This document shows positions 44,165 through 58,919 of a stretch of 64,000 nucleotides of DNA, one piece after another. The notes beneath the pieces are model-generated. The model made no database searches. It saw only the letters and a list, made by a program, of their open reading frames with translations, and was not told the DNA's origin. The first letter of the stretch is position 1. Each line of letters begins with the position of its first letter. The DNA lies in assembly GCF_009914755.1 (NCBI RefSeq), contig NC_060930.1. One strand, 5' to 3'. The position numbers and the translations under genes were made by a program. This stretch comes from the human T2T-CHM13v2.0 reference genome, Homo sapiens.

Positions 44165-44790
44165 TTTGGCATCAGTCAGGGTTCTATTTGAGAAGTAGAA
44201 TGTTAAGATAGAATAAGGACTTGGTTATATGCTTTTGACCTCATGCATCACAGCCCGTGCTGGCTGCACAGGCCAGGTGAGGCTGTTCCTTCTGTGTCAG
44301 GTGGTACAGCCTGAAGTCAGCAGGGCAGGCAGTTCAGCAAAAACAATGCCTGCAAAGTGAAGAGAGCAAGGACAAAGTCCACCCTGCCAGGGTGGGCTGA
44401 CACCCATGCCATCAGTCACCGTCTCCAAGCGAGGCTTCAGCTTCGCGGGTGCAGAGGGCCTGCAGGAGTTGTTGACGTCCTTCCTCAGGAGCTCCACACA
44501 TCACAGGCCCAGGACTGAGGAGCTGAGGAGGAGACCCAGCAGGAATGTGAGCGCTGTGGGCCCAGCTGCTGCCCCATGCCAGCCCCTGACCCAGAGGACC
44601 AACAATAACAGCTATAGCAGGGCCCCATGCCCACACTGACGGTGAAGCACGGAAAAAAAAGAGCTACTTTCTGCATTTCATGTAAAATCTCTCTTGTGGT
44701 CCAGGCTAACCTGGAACTATGCAAGGAAGAGAATTCGGAGAAATGTAATCCGGCTGTTCTAAATTGTCAAGACTCCAAATCGTCACAGGT
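44165..44790. mobile_element. Ancient ERVL/MaLR-type LTR (family uncertain)
   Basis: tcagtcagggttct start; ctaacctggaactatgcaaggaag..aattc..gaaatgta near the end. Confidence 0.45.
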
Positions 44791-45429
44791 TCCCATAGGA
44801 GTGAGAACCTGAGGGCTGACTGGGGGTTCTCTTAGGCAAAAGCAGAGAGGAAGGAAGTTCCTGGTGGAAGAAAGGGTGTGCGAAACCATAGGAGCACAGC
44901 ATCTTGGGGGAATGGGTGGTGGAGCCCCAGGCCTAGCTGGTGGAAGGCTTTCAGAGCCAGCTCAGGCATTTCCTGGTGATGGGCTTTGTATTTTAGACGG
45001 GCCACTGTCAGCGTGAGGAGGTGGGCTGTGTGCATCACAGGAGGCAGGGAGAACTGTGAAGAGAGGGAGAGATCTGGAAGGTCTAAAGGCCTTGTCAAGC
45101 CTTTCTTTATTTTGCTTCCACTTTCTAAATTCTTTTATCCACCGGCTGATTCATTACTTCGTTGAATCTTTAGGGAGTGTCTCCTTCATGTCAGGAATGC
45201 TTGGTGGTCAAGACAACGCAGTCCCCAACCTCTCATCTAAAAGCTTTGCCCAAATAAAACCTTACAAGTCAGGATAATGCTTGAAAAGTATTTGCCACTT
45301 GTTTTATCGTATTACTCTGTATTCTTTTCTGAACACCTCACTTGCAGTATTGCTTATTTTATTTTGGAGGTGTTGGATACAAGGAGGGAATGGAGAATGA
45401 AGATGGGCCCTGTGATCCCTGGCCTCTCC

Positions 45430-45600
45430 TAGGCCAAGCCAGTGGTTGCAAGCATATCTGCACATCACAATTACTTGGAGAGCTTGTTGGAGAGACAGAT
45501 CCTCAGGCCTTGCCCAGACCTAATGCATTCAATATCCAGATGTGGAACCCTGGAGGCTTCTAAGAAGTTTCCCAGGAGACTCTTAAGCAGCCAGCTTGGC
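45430..45600. mobile_element. MER5-family fragment
   Basis: cagtggtt..cacatcacaattacttggagagcttgtt..cagat..aggccttgcccagacc. Confidence 0.55.
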
Positions 45601-46879
45601 TTTATTCATCGCCACCCAGATCAGTGTCTTGTCAGCTTTAAGCTCTTGGCTTCTACTCTGCATCGTAAGCACAGGTCGAGTTGGGGGCTGTTCAGCTGAT
45701 GTGGGTAGAGGTCATTTCATCGTCACGGTGACCTTGGAAAGCTTCCCGGTGTCTGAATCATTTCCAGCAGGTGCTGGTGCGCTCACAACATCAGAAGGGG
45801 AAGGACGTGAAGTCATCTGAGGGCAGGGTGAAATCAGCGAGTGGAGTGATTAAGAATGGGAGGACAGGGTCCACTTGGAGTGAGTCTAGGTGTGGAGGGC
45901 GCATGGAAGTGACAGAGATGCTTGGGAATTTAAAAATGAGATCTGAGAAGACAGGAAAACTTGAGTTTCCATTTTCATAGTATTTATAACATATACAAAT
46001 TTTCCATTAGCCATGTCTGTGAATGAATTAGAAGTGGGGCAGGGGAAGGCTGAAGTGGTTGCTGCTGGCTGGACGCAGATTCAGGGCTGCCGCGTGTCCA
46101 TGCTGCCCGTTGGGAGAAGTAGGGCAGGTGGGCGGCTCCCACAGCCATGGTCTGGAGGGGTTGTTGGTCACTGTGCTGTGGCAGCGAGAGGAAGGGCCCT
46201 CCATGCCCGCAGTGCCTCCAGCCTTGGCCTTCAGTGCTGCTTCCCCTGGACTCCCCTGCTGCCCCCAGGGCAGCTGGCAGAAGAAAAGCGGCAGCCCCAG
46301 GCCCCACATCCCTCCAGGGTCCTCTGTGTCCAGGCTGCACAACGGCCTGCGTGGCCAGCAGGCCTCGGGGATGGTGAATGGGAGCCACTGTTTGTTTCCA
46401 CTGAGAAAGTCCTGACCTGCTTCCGGAGCCATTGCCATGGAAACGCAAGGAGGAGGTTCTTGAATGGAGCCTCTTTCCTCCCCATCTGCCCTACTCCCTT
46501 CCCCACCCCAGGCCGAGGCTGGTAAGGGCCAGCCCCCTGCTGCCTCACTTTCCCCCTAGGTTCTTGCACATTTGGTAAAAATACTCAAAGCTGGGGGCCC
46601 TCCCTGCCCGTCTCTATAGGGATCAGTGACCCCATCTCCATACCGCCCGAGCGTGTGGCAGCCCATTCTCACAGCAGCTCTTAACCTGGGCCTGCCTCAC
46701 GCAAACAGAGGGCCAGAGAGGGCCTTCCAGAGGAGCCCCTGCCAGCCTCAGCCACATTTCCCCATAGAAAAGCCTCTCTTGGACCCCATATTTATTACAC
46801 ATATGCAGGAAATTTTAATAAAGGAAATAGAGCAAACGAATAATTTTGCCCCATTTACAAAATACTTGGGAGCCATTTA

Positions 46880-47212
<333 letters not shown>

Positions 47213-47987
47213 TAATGTAAACAAAGGTACTTTCTTTTTAGTAGGCTGCTTAAGCTCATAAGAAATTTTTGCTCATTTTTATAATAACTAGTTTTTGTGG
47301 TGAAAACAATGTGCTACAGCCCTGTTTTATTTTATTTTGCTTTTGATAATAATTTAGTAATTCCTTAAGACAAAAAAAAAAAAAACCTAAGTAAAATTTA
47401 AAATTCACAGTGAGGCCATAAAATGAAGGCATTTGTTTTTACTGGTTAGATCAAAACCAGAATAAAAAGCAGAATTTCAAGGCCCCCTCCCCCGCCCCTT
47501 TTTTTTACACCTTAATTTTTATGCCTACTGAAGAATCATCAAAAGTCAGAATTTGACCTGAAGCCGCAGACTCCAGGGGCAGCATTACAAACTTAAATTG
47601 CACTTTCAGTACCGGTAATTAGAGACAATGTGGTTTTGGCTTTCGGCTCACAGTATTGCACCAGGTACTGTGAATACTGTGATCAGTAAGACTAGTGAAC
47701 CCCTTGACTCCATGAAGCTCAAGTTTTAGTGGGAAAAACATTGGTTTGGGTGTCGGAAGAGCTGAGTTTAATCTCCAGCTCTGTGACTTACAGTGACTAA
47801 TTGCGTGACCTTGGACAAGTCACTTATATAAAGACTCTAGGCCAGAATCTCTTCATACATACAGCAAGGCTAGTTTTTTTGAGTGTTTTTGTGAGACTGA
47901 AATACGATGAGATTTATGAATCTACTTTGGTAAGCCAGACCAATGCTTTGTGGAAGTTAGTCATTTTCGTTTCTTCGCCACTAACTG

Positions 47988-48323
47988 TGTATTCATCCAT
48001 CCTCACGCTACTAACAAAGACATACCCAAGACTGAGTAATTTATAAAGGAAAGAGGTTTAATTGACTCACAGTTCAACAGGGCTGGGGAGACCTCAGGAA
48101 ACTTGCAATCATGGTAGAAGAGGAAACAAACACATCCTTCTTCACATGATGACAAGAAGGAGAAGAATGTGTGCCAGCAAAGGGGGAAGCCCTTATAAAA
48201 CCATCAGCTCTCATGAGAACTCACTCACTATCGCGAGAACAGCATGAGGGTAACCGCCCCCATGATTAAATCACCTCCAACCAGGTCTCACCCCTGTTGG
48301 CGACACAGAGCCAAATGATATCA
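47988..48323 (-). mobile_element. THE1-type MaLR solo LTR
   Basis: aaagacatacccaagactg..aatttataaaggaaagaggtttaattgactcacagttc; perfect 5-bp TSD AACTG (47983-47987 and 48324-48328). Confidence 0.88.
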
Positions 48324-48334
48324 AACTGTTATGA

Positions 48335-48790
48335 TTATATTCACCTGCATGTAACTGACATGTGACTTCAGTGTTTAGACAATGGGGACATCTTCTCATA
48401 TAGCAGGTAGTCTGGAGTTGGGCTTTCCAAGGCTTGAGCAGCTGCTCAGGGAATTATTCCCTCTCCTACTCTACCATCCTTAGTATGGAACTTTCTTCCT
48501 TATGATAAAATGATGCCTGTTCCAGGAGGGATAATGGGAAGAGCCGGGCAAAAGGCATGTAGATGGAGTAAATCCTTTTTGTCATAGAAACACTAGCTTT
48601 CTTAGAAACATCTCACGATAAAGTTCTAGTATTTCTTCTCTGCCAGACACTGACACTTGGCCTCAACTAACTTCAAGGGAGTCTGGGGAAGTGAGTTTTT
48701 AACAAGGTGTACTGCTACCCCAAACAAACTCGGGACTCTGTAAGTAAGAAAGAAAATGAACTGGATATTGACATGGGAGGCAACTAGCTT
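48335..48790. mobile_element. Old MLT1-like LTR fragment
   Basis: caagggagtctggggaagtgagtttt..ctgtaagtaagaaaga..ggatattg motifs. Confidence 0.55.
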
Positions 48791-48992
48791 GACTATTTTT
48801 ATGTTACAGTAAGATCTTCTTGAGTTTTGTAAACTCCTGGAAGGTATGCGCCATGTCGTGTGCAGTTTACTCATCCAGTGGCATAGAGCTTTATTATCTA
48901 TACCAAGCAAACAATAAATCATTGATTGTATATGAAACTGGTCAGTTGCTGATTCCTTTTTATATGACCTCTCATTATAAAAAATACTATGT

Positions 48993-49290
48993 GGGCTGAG
49001 GCATGGGGGCTCACACCTGTAATCCCAGCACTTAGGGAGGCCAAGGTGGGAGAATTGCTTGAGGCCAGGACAAGACCAGCCTGGGCTACATAATGAGATG
49101 TCTGTACAAAAAACAAAAAATCAAAAGATTAGTCGGGCATGATGGCATGCGACTCGAGTCCCAGCTACGTGGAAGGCCAAAGCAGGAAGATTGCTCGACT
49201 CCAAGAGGTAGAGGCTGCAGTGAGCCATGATTGTGCCACTGTATTCTAGCCTGGGTGATAGAGCAAGAACCTGTCTCAAAAAAAAAAAAA
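48993..49290 (+). mobile_element. AluJ
   Basis: Diverged dimer with A tail. Confidence 0.85.
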
Positions 49291-49291
49291 G

Positions 49292-49294
<3 letters not shown>

Positions 49295-49334
<40 letters not shown>
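49295..49334 (+). repeat. (AC)20 microsatellite
   Basis: Read directly. Confidence 0.95.
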
Positions 49335-49337
<3 letters not shown>

Positions 49338-50029
49338 CTAGCATATGTCACGGGGATATTCTGAACATTAGTTATTAACTTTGAAGGAATTGAGAAGGCA
49401 TTTATAACTTCACAGTGCTGGAATAGGTGCTGTTACTGTCAATAGTGTTGTTAGTATCAAAGCTGGCATTCATGGAGCAATTTTATCTCAACTTCTTATG
49501 CAGTTCAGACCCATGAAGCCACAAATGAAGAAAAATATGGCCCAGATGGAAAAGAGAAGACCCACTGAGGGGTTTTTGGAAACCTCAGAGGATGACTGAA
49601 TCCCATCCCAGATCTGATTCTCCCTCCTTCAAGCCCACATCGCTCCTGCACTTGGATAGTCCTGGCCTTAGTGAGGCCGTGGCCCAGACACAACCAGACC
49701 ATGGGCCTCCCCTGTGGAGAGATGGCATTTGGCTGCTTTTCAGATGTGAAACTCTTTAAGTTTCTGCCAGTGACCCACATCATTAACTTTCGGTACAAGT
49801 CACCAGTTGGTGAATGAAAGGACACAAATCTCTTTCACTGCACCTTTGTAGGGATTTTTAGAGTCAACAGGAGTGGGATCTGTCCTTGGCCTGGAAAGCC
49901 TTTTGGCCATTCCCGAGGTGCCAGAGAACCAGCCCCTTACAAGTTAAGAAATGGAAGTATATTTGAAGAAGGACTGAGGATGACTTGGTTCATAGGTAGG
50001 GTGGTTGAAAAAAAAGGCCGCTAATAATA

Positions 50030-50260
50030 GCTAGCTTATTTTATTTAATTTTTTTAGTGCTTAGCATGTGCAGGCATGTAGTAAGTAAAGTAAAAGTCAC
50101 AACAGAAAACTCTAAAAATTCTATGTGATCGGTAACATTTTGTCTCTGTTTTGCATAGCAGGAAACTGGGAATCAGTGGGACTAAGTAATGTGCCCAGAG
50201 TCAGTAGCAGGTAGAGCTTGGCTTTGAATACTGGCACTTGGACTCCTGAACCCACATTCT
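50030..50260 (-). mobile_element. MIR
   Basis: aggaaactggg..aagtaatgtgcccagagtca..gtagagc. Confidence 0.65.
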
Positions 50261-51369
50261 GAGCCATTCATTGTGTGGTGCCACTTCCTGGGTAGTGGCC
50301 TTATGACAGCATTTGAGACATCCTTCACATGGAGGTACCAGTCAGCTGCTCATGATCTCTACCACAGACAGAACAAAAGGAGGCAGGCTTGATTTGCAGC
50401 AGGAAAGATAATGTTTAGTTACCTACAACCTCCATATGTCTAATGCAATTAGCAGGGGATTGAAGGATAACAAAGGTGATTGTCAATAGAACTAACCCTG
50501 CATGTCTAAATTAGCTGCATCTTTCTCCTTATTTTTCTGAGCAAGATGCCCTTTTGAGACATCTTATATAGAAGGAATAGGCTGACTTAAAGTGGTTCTG
50601 ATGGCAGTTGTAAATCAAAGATATACAAAGAGGGTGGGGTAGAAAAATTAAACATTCTACAACTCACAGTTGGAGAATTTAGATCTTTCAGTGTCCATCT
50701 AGCACCTCCAAGTGTGAGAATTTGGATTATGGGGCAAAAAGTCCTCTTTGAACCAGAATTAAAGATTAGATGGTATTACTGTTTAGAGTCAACGTCCACA
50801 CTTCATACCTGAAAATCCTGCCATTTCTTTCGGAGAGTTAATGTTTTGGAGAGTTAATGATAATTGAGGTAATCGACGGACTCAAGCCATTTCCCTTGAT
50901 GTAAGTGCCTATATTGAAAAGCTATGCAACATCAATGACAAATTATTTAGTAGACAGTGTGCCATACACAATAAGCTAAATACTGCTTAAGGAAGACAAT
51001 AGGATATAATAACATGAGAATAATGGAAATAATATGCTGAAAATCCATTGGATAAAGAGATTTTGATGTCATGCTTAATCATTATGTGTGTTGTTTTTTG
51101 TAATTCTAAAAAACATACAAATTGCTTTTATAAAGTGGCAAGTAGAAGAGAAATCCTTGTGTCCATCTCAATTATTTGAGAGAGGTTAATGATAAAATAA
51201 TTTACAAGGAGGAACCTTAGTGATTTGGAAACTTAGATTCTAGAATAGGAGATACCTCATGGCAATACTTGGTGGAATGGGAACAGCGAGTCTGCTGGAG
51301 AAGACTAAGTTCGTCAGTTTGGGACTGCTCTGTGAATAGTTACAAGAAGTAACATTTCCTTGGAGCTTC

Positions 51370-51540
51370 CCCAGTGCCAGACACTGCGCAAAGCTCTTAA
51401 CATTCACTGTCTCATGTGATCCTCTTAACAGTCCATTAAGGGGTACTGTTTTTATCATCACAACTGCACTTAGAAAGACAGTCAAGGCTTAGATTGGTGG
51501 CAGCGCTGTCATTTACCCCTAGTTCTGCCTGACTCCTGAA
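51370..51540 (-). mobile_element. MIR
   Basis: gtgccagacactg..gatcctcttaacag..ctgcctgactcc. Confidence 0.65.
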
Positions 51541-53458
51541 TGTGTGTGCTGGGTCAGGCCATTGTCTTGGTTTTGGTATTGCAGACACCTGCCTTGTTCA
51601 TTTATAAAGGTGACCCTGTAACAAAAAGCCAGCAAGTTCAGGCTGGGAATAGACTGTGAAATGAAAGAAAAAACCTGTATGGGGATTGTTTTGACCGGCT
51701 TGACAAAATGTCACCCATGTTGTCATTGATATTGATTATTCCTGGAGTTCTAACAGTATGCCAGATTTTGGCAATAGAATTGCTTTTCTGTCTCAGCCAG
51801 TGAATTCACAAGCTAAATCATGGGGCCAAGCAAGAGAGGTGCATAGGGCATGGAATTTAAGGAGGCAACTCACTCCCTGCACCTGCCGGATTCTGAGAGA
51901 ATCTTACACCAAATCAACACCAAATCTGTAAGAGGTGACCTCTTACAACTTGGGCTATCTGTGTCTCTCTGGCATCATCCAAGTCCTGGCCCTGTGGCTG
52001 GAGAAAGGGTGACTCTTGAGTTTTTATGGCAACTAGTGGATAGTATGAATTGAATTTTGTTTCATATCTATTTCTCTTAAACAGAGGAGATAGGTTTGTG
52101 TGATAAAAGTATCTTTGATACCCAAAGGATAGAAAGAAATATTAAATTGAGGAATTACTTCTTTAACATGTAATGATTTGTCATGAAAGGAGCAAAATAT
52201 GAAGGTACAGTTATCCATACTTAAGTAGGACATAAAGAAAATGAAAATCTTAACTACTTCTTAATGTAAGCCCTTCAACCTTTTAACCTTCCCCTGCCTC
52301 CCCCTGTACATGCACAATTCAGTAGCACAGATGTGTCAGGCTTTTTTTTTTAAATGGTGGAGAAAAGGCTGCTACTGGCTTTCGGGACTGCCTTGGCAGG
52401 CCTGGGATGATGCAGGAAAAGACCCAGACACAGCAAAAGACCAGATTTCAAATTCAGCAGGAAATCAACTAATGGAGAAGTTGATTTCCTGAGACTCAAG
52501 ATTAAGGAACTTTGAAAATCCCTTAAGTACAGGTTTTCCAGTAACATATAGCATATGTTCCTTTCTTGGAAATGAGGTTATAACCACTTTCCTTTCTTTT
52601 TCTTTTCTTTTCTTTTTTTTTTTTCTTGGTTATAATGAAGTTTCTGGACAGCTCATCAAAGCCAAAACATGAAGTGTATTTTAGGAATTTGTTTATGCTT
52701 GGCCATTCATTGCACTTTTCTGGTGTGCTGGACTCAGTATGTAGAAACGAGATAGAGTTGTCTTTGTCTGGATGTAGCTTAGACTATTTGTATATAAACA
52801 GAAGAAGAAAAATGAGTTTGAGCCATAGTATTTGGCTTCCTTTCCTTCTAGAAGCAGATAGGGGGGTCTTGCAATAGCCAGATAGTCAATTCCTGAAAAG
52901 TGTTCTTGGAATATTTAGTTCTGATACTTCCATAGACCATGGTGAGGTTTGGTGTTGAAAACTTTCTGTTTTTGCAGGTTCTTCTGAGTATCATTTTAGC
53001 AATTTACTCAAGAGCTGGGCCAGTATGTAATGGTATCCCCTTTCTGTCTATCCCTTAAATAATAGAAAAGAAGCATCCTGTTAAAGAATGTATACAATTT
53101 GGAATTCTGTTATACAAATGAGGAGGAGTCTGGGGAAGAGGGTGAGGTGTTGAACTCAGGAGTCAGAGACGTGGCCACCAAGCCCAGTTATGCCCTTGCC
53201 CAGCACGATTGGACCTCAGGCATGTCATCACTCCCATCTCAGTGACAGTCCTATTCTGTGATGGGGGGTAATGAGAGTATTGCATTTGAGAGGTGGAATT
53301 CTATACAAGTGTAAAGAATTTCATGTTGACCTGTGTTGTGTTCCTCCTCCTACTCTATGGTCTTACGAGGATCTCCACTGTAAAGCAGTAGACTCACTGG
53401 AAAAGAAAATATGGCAACCTAGAGTTTCCACTGTGTGGAGTGAGAGACTGCAATATAA

Positions 53459-53751
<293 letters not shown>

Positions 53752-53979
53752 TGCGATATAATTTTTGTAAAACGGAGTTTAATAATATTCTAACCAGAAA
53801 GGTAAAGGAGCACTCTGCCTTCTTTTCCTTCTCCCACTGGCTGCTCCTCCTAAGTCTCATTGCTGGGCCTCACTTTCTCTTTATGACCACTAAAAATCGG
53901 GTTGCCCTGGAGCTCAGTCTTCATAATGTTTCTCTTCGTAGTGTTCAGTCAGAGCTTAGAGTATGCAAGTCACTTACAA

Positions 53980-54325
53980 ATTCTTATCTGCAGCTCTAGA
54001 CTCACATGTCCAACTGTTTCTTTACTGTCTGCACAGGGATGTTTAATAAGCACCGCACACTTAGCATGTCCAAAGGGGACCTCTTGTTCCCTCCCCTGCT
54101 GTTCCCCTGCCCAGCTTTCCCCATCTGGGGAAGTGAATGTTATTTCATTATTTAGGTTTCTGCTCAGAGAAGCCTTCTCTGTCCCATCACCTCAACTTCT
54201 CCTCACTCCTTGACTCTGCAGTCGCCCTTCTTGAATCTGTCTTGTTTATTGCTATGTTCTCAGGACCTCAGAGGATGCCTGACTCCTACTGAGAGGTGAA
54301 TAAATAAATACTGAATGAAAGAATG
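53980..54325 (+). mobile_element. L2 fragments
   Basis: atgtccaactg..ggatgt..cttagcatgtccaaa; ends taaata..ctgaatgaa. Confidence 0.65.
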
Positions 54326-55235
54326 AGTGAAAATGAATACACAAAGCAATTTAACAAAGAATTTGTTAAAGACAGAGGTAGGAGGAAAGAAACCAGTTCT
54401 GGGGATACTGTCTCTTAAATTATTTTTATTTTTCAATGGGATTGATAAATTCCTTAATGTAGGAATTTTCTTAAGTGAATTTTGCCTTCAGGAACAGCTA
54501 AAGCAGTTTAGGGATCTTGAGGAAAAATGTTGACACTTAAGCAGATAGATTTGGGGTCTTAATAGTAGGAGTTATTGATGAACAAATATTTGCTAAGGTT
54601 CAGTTCTGAGACTTTAAATCCAATACTTGATGATAATTAAATGTTTAAATGGATTTTTAAAGCACAGCAGAATATTAATTATTGCTTCCTGGTCATCAAA
54701 ATCCATGCTGAAGTTACCATACTTTTTACCCATTGACAATGAAAAAGATGAGTCCAAAGAGCAGATCCAGCTCCAGCGCCCACCATCCTCAGGCCTGGGG
54801 CTTCTGGCTGGAGGAAGGAGGTACTACTACCAGGAGGCCTCTTTGGAGCTGACGTCTGAGCATTAATTTCTTCCACCAGGAGATTAGTAAATGACCCCTT
54901 CCACCTGCTGCCATCCACTTTTGGACTTGGGTTATATCATTGATTTTTGCTCCTGCTGGATGAATTGTAATAATCATTCTCAAGGAGAAAGGAGATGGCA
55001 TTTTGCACTGCTTCTATGCCAGCTTCTGTTTGCAGGGAGAAAGTCACTGCATCCAAATTCACACATTGAATTTGGATTCAACGTAAAATTCAAAGGATTG
55101 TAAATTTGATGAGTTGGGGAGCCTCACGCTTATGAAACATGGGCTTGTTATTCTTTGGCCAGCATCTAGGTGGTGAACTTGTGAAATTTTAAAAACAAAA
55201 TCCCACTCACCACAGCAAGATGAATAAAGAAACTA

Positions 55236-55253
55236 CAGTGCCATCTGCTGGCA
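55236..55253 (-). promoter_or_regulatory. CTCF core motif
   Basis: Minus strand TGCCAGCAGATGGCACTG matches the CCASYAGRKGGCRS consensus at every core position; unique sequence. Confidence 0.7.
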
Positions 55254-55580
55254 TCCTGGGGAAGTTCAAGCAATGCCTGGGCCAAGTCCAAACCGGAGGA
55301 TAAAATTATTCAAAGTGTGTGGTAGTTTGAAGACAGTAGATTAAAAATAGTGAAAATATTGTCAGTCATCATTTCAGAGAGGAAAATGCAATCACATTTT
55401 GTGCTAATGGTGTAGCAGTGGGAGCGTACATTTTTCTGCAGTGTACTTTTTGAAGTATTTTGATGACTTTTAGGGAAAGTAAAAATTCACAATTTGTGTT
55501 TTCACTTATTACATAATAAGTTTTATCCTGAGGTGGGGATATTTGGTCCATAGCAGTTAGGTCAAGACTTCTCTAGTCCT

Positions 55581-55877
55581 GGCCGGTCACGGTGGCTCAT
55601 GCCTGCAATCCCAGCACTTTGGGAGGCCGAGGCGGGCAAATCACCTGAGGTCAGGAGTTCAAGTCCAGCCTGGTCAACATGGTGAAACCCCGTGTCTACT
55701 AAAAATACAAAAATTAGCCAGGCATAGTGTCATATGCCTGTAGTCCCAGGAGGCTGAGGCAGGAGAATCGCATGAACCTGGGGGTGGAGGTTGCAGTGAG
55801 CCGAGATCGCATCACTGTACTCCAGCCTGGGCAGCAGAGTGAGACTCTGTCTCCAGGAGAAAAAAAAAAAAAAAAAA
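55581..55877 (+). mobile_element. AluS
   Basis: TSD aagac(tt/at)c(t/c)ctagtcct. Confidence 0.9.
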
Positions 55878-56887
55878 GACATCCCTAGTCCTTAGGGTGA
55901 GGACAAAAATACATATGGGGCTCCCTGTCCCTCTGGTGGCCCCTTACAGAAAACATGTTTAACCAGCTGCAGACCCCAGCCCGCTGAAGTAAGGTGGCAG
56001 CTGCACAGTCCCATGACTTGAAGTGCAAAGTACAGCACAGTAAGATTTTTTAAAAAAATTAAGAAGCTAAACTTAGCAGAAACCCTTCTTTCTTTCTGAA
56101 GGATTTCCTGCCTCAGTCCCCAGCCAACTAGCTTGCTCTTATTTTGCTCCCACTTCTCCCGTGGCCCTGAGCATGTTACATTTGCTGCTTCTCTTCCTCA
56201 TTCTTCTCCTCCCCTTCCCCCTCGTCATTTCTTATGCTTTTTTGTTCCTGTCTCCCTCCGTCTCTAACCTGTGGCTCCCCTTCCTTCGTGTTCATCCATG
56301 TACCTTACTTGTGCGTTGTTCAGTACATTTTGGCTGAAAGATTTAAATTTTGAAATGGCTACCTCCTAAAAGCCTTGCAGGTAAATACAGGTATTTTCAT
56401 TTTTGTGTGGATAGGAGGAAGGAGAGTAGGTCCTAGCCATGTTTTGGCACAATTTGGTGATAAGTGAGATTTTCCTTACATGTTCTGTATTCACAGCACA
56501 GGAATAAGGGGAAATAACTAGAATTCAAAACTAGCTCTTGTCCTCTCTAGCGGTTTCTCCCCTGATTCTGTTCTTAGCTCCGACTCTCCCTTAGTTTACA
56601 ATAGAAAGCTTTCAGATTTTTGTGCTGGTCATCAACAGTTCTCTGCACTCAGCCGTGGAGAATGGTGGTGCTTGCAGGGCATGGGCCTGCCACTCAGAAA
56701 TGGCACCCAGTGGTCAGCCCACACCAGTGCAGCTACACCAAAGGGTGGTGGCTTATTAAAGGCTGCTCTGCGTGAAAAAGCCTCCCTCCCCTCTCTCTGG
56801 TCACCTTAGATTCTCAAGGTCCTTTTATCCAAAAGGTAGGCAGAAAATCACTTTAGGTGATTAGGATATTCAATTCTTCTTCCTCTG

Positions 56888-57157
56888 AATGAGACAGAGT
56901 CTCATTCAGTCACCCAGTTTGGAGGTCAGTGGTGTGATCATAGCTCACTACAACCTCGGACTCCTGGGCTCAAGTAGTCCTCCTGCTGCAGCCTCCTGAG
57001 TAGCTAGAACTAGCACTATAGATGCATGTCACCATACCCAGTTGAACTTTTTAGAAGTTTTTTTTTTAAAGAGACAGTGTCTCACTATGTTGCCCAGGCT
57101 GCTCTCCTCCTGCCTCAGCCTTTGCTCTAATTTTTTCAGTGTAACTCATACCTGGCC
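56888..57157 (-). mobile_element. Diverged AluJ
   Basis: gatcatagctcact..ctcctgggctcaag; internal deletions. Confidence 0.75.
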
Positions 57158-57399
57158 TCCCACTTTCTTGTCTTCCCTAGCCTTCAGATGCAAAAATCAC
57201 CTCTTCCATCTTCCTTCCTGGTGGTGAACTTGTAGTGAAGATTCAGGTTTAAATCCCCCAAGTGTCTGTGTCTCTTCTGATGCAGGTGCCTTCTTTCTGG
57301 TTTCCCTTGGCTGTAAGCCCAAGGATACTGTATTTTCCTTCTGGGATTTGGACACACCTAATGAAAGATTTTGCTCCACACTCTACTGTTCCCTGTTCC

Positions 57400-57660
<261 letters not shown>

Positions 57661-57965
57661 TTCCCTTTTTGATACAACCAATTTTAACTTTCTTTGGCTT
57701 TCCCGCTTTCTTTCTTTAAATTTTGTTTGTCTAAGTTTTTTTCTGGAGAAATGCTTAATGAACTGGTTTTGGGCTGTGCACACTTTTCAGATTATTTGGG
57801 TTAATCTGTATCTGCCTTCACAAACTGGCAGCCAAAGGTGTTGGGGTGGGAGGCAAATTCGATGCCCAGACATGTATTGATTAATTTGGACACATGTTTA
57901 AAAACATTGGTTTCTTTACCATCACTTAAAAATGTTAGAGCTCTTGTATAAAAATACAGATTTCT

Positions 57966-58292
<327 letters not shown>

Positions 58293-58855
58293 TCAGCAGG
58301 ATGGACATTGCACTTGCCAATTGGCAGCAACCAACTGGAGGAACTGTGTACTGGCCGCCCCCTTTATTAGGGACACTCAATATCCTGTTGTGGGTGTCTC
58401 ACCCGCCTCCCTGCCCCCTTTGTTTTCCTAGAGCCGACCACTGTACTCATCTGTGGGCCCAAGTGGCATTTGTGGTGCTGAGTTTATGTTTTCATTATTA
58501 TTTGCTTTCTCTTTTCCTCTTACACAAGAGACTTCCCAATGGCAGTAACTTCACTTGTATTAGTAGTTCACAGAATGAAAGGTACTTCAGTGATCGTCTA
58601 GTGAAGTCTGTCTTCTTCATTTAATATTACAGGTCTCACCTTCGAGTGAGTCTTTAATAAATGTCGACAAATGGCACACGAGTCTATTTCTAGGAAGTCA
58701 GCAGATGGGTAGAAAAAGCCAGTGGTAAATAGCCTATAACAATTTCCCTGGCTGTATTAAGTAGTATTGATGCTGGGTCAAACTAGTTAGGAGGATTTTC
58801 AGTTCTCCCATGAAAGCAAGGCTCTCTGGTAATCTGATTTGTTTTTCTTTTCTAG

Positions 58856-58896
58856 GAACCCTCTTCATAAATCAAACTCAGAAGACAGCTCTGTAG
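58856..58896 (+). CDS. SASH1: SASH1 coding exon (likely exon 5), 41 nt, phase 2-1, (K)NPLHKSNSEDSSV(G)
   Basis: Acceptor tttttcttttctag|G, donor TAG|gtcagt; completes the AA+G Lys codon from the previous exon. Confidence 0.94.
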
Positions 58897-58919
58897 GTCA
58901 GTACCACTTTTCTTGGTTT

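Noticed and set aside
45984-46569. Overlapping ORFs up to 170 aa on both strands
   Set aside because: GC-rich, stop-poor DNA with no recognisable domain or convincing splice structure; not a CpG island.
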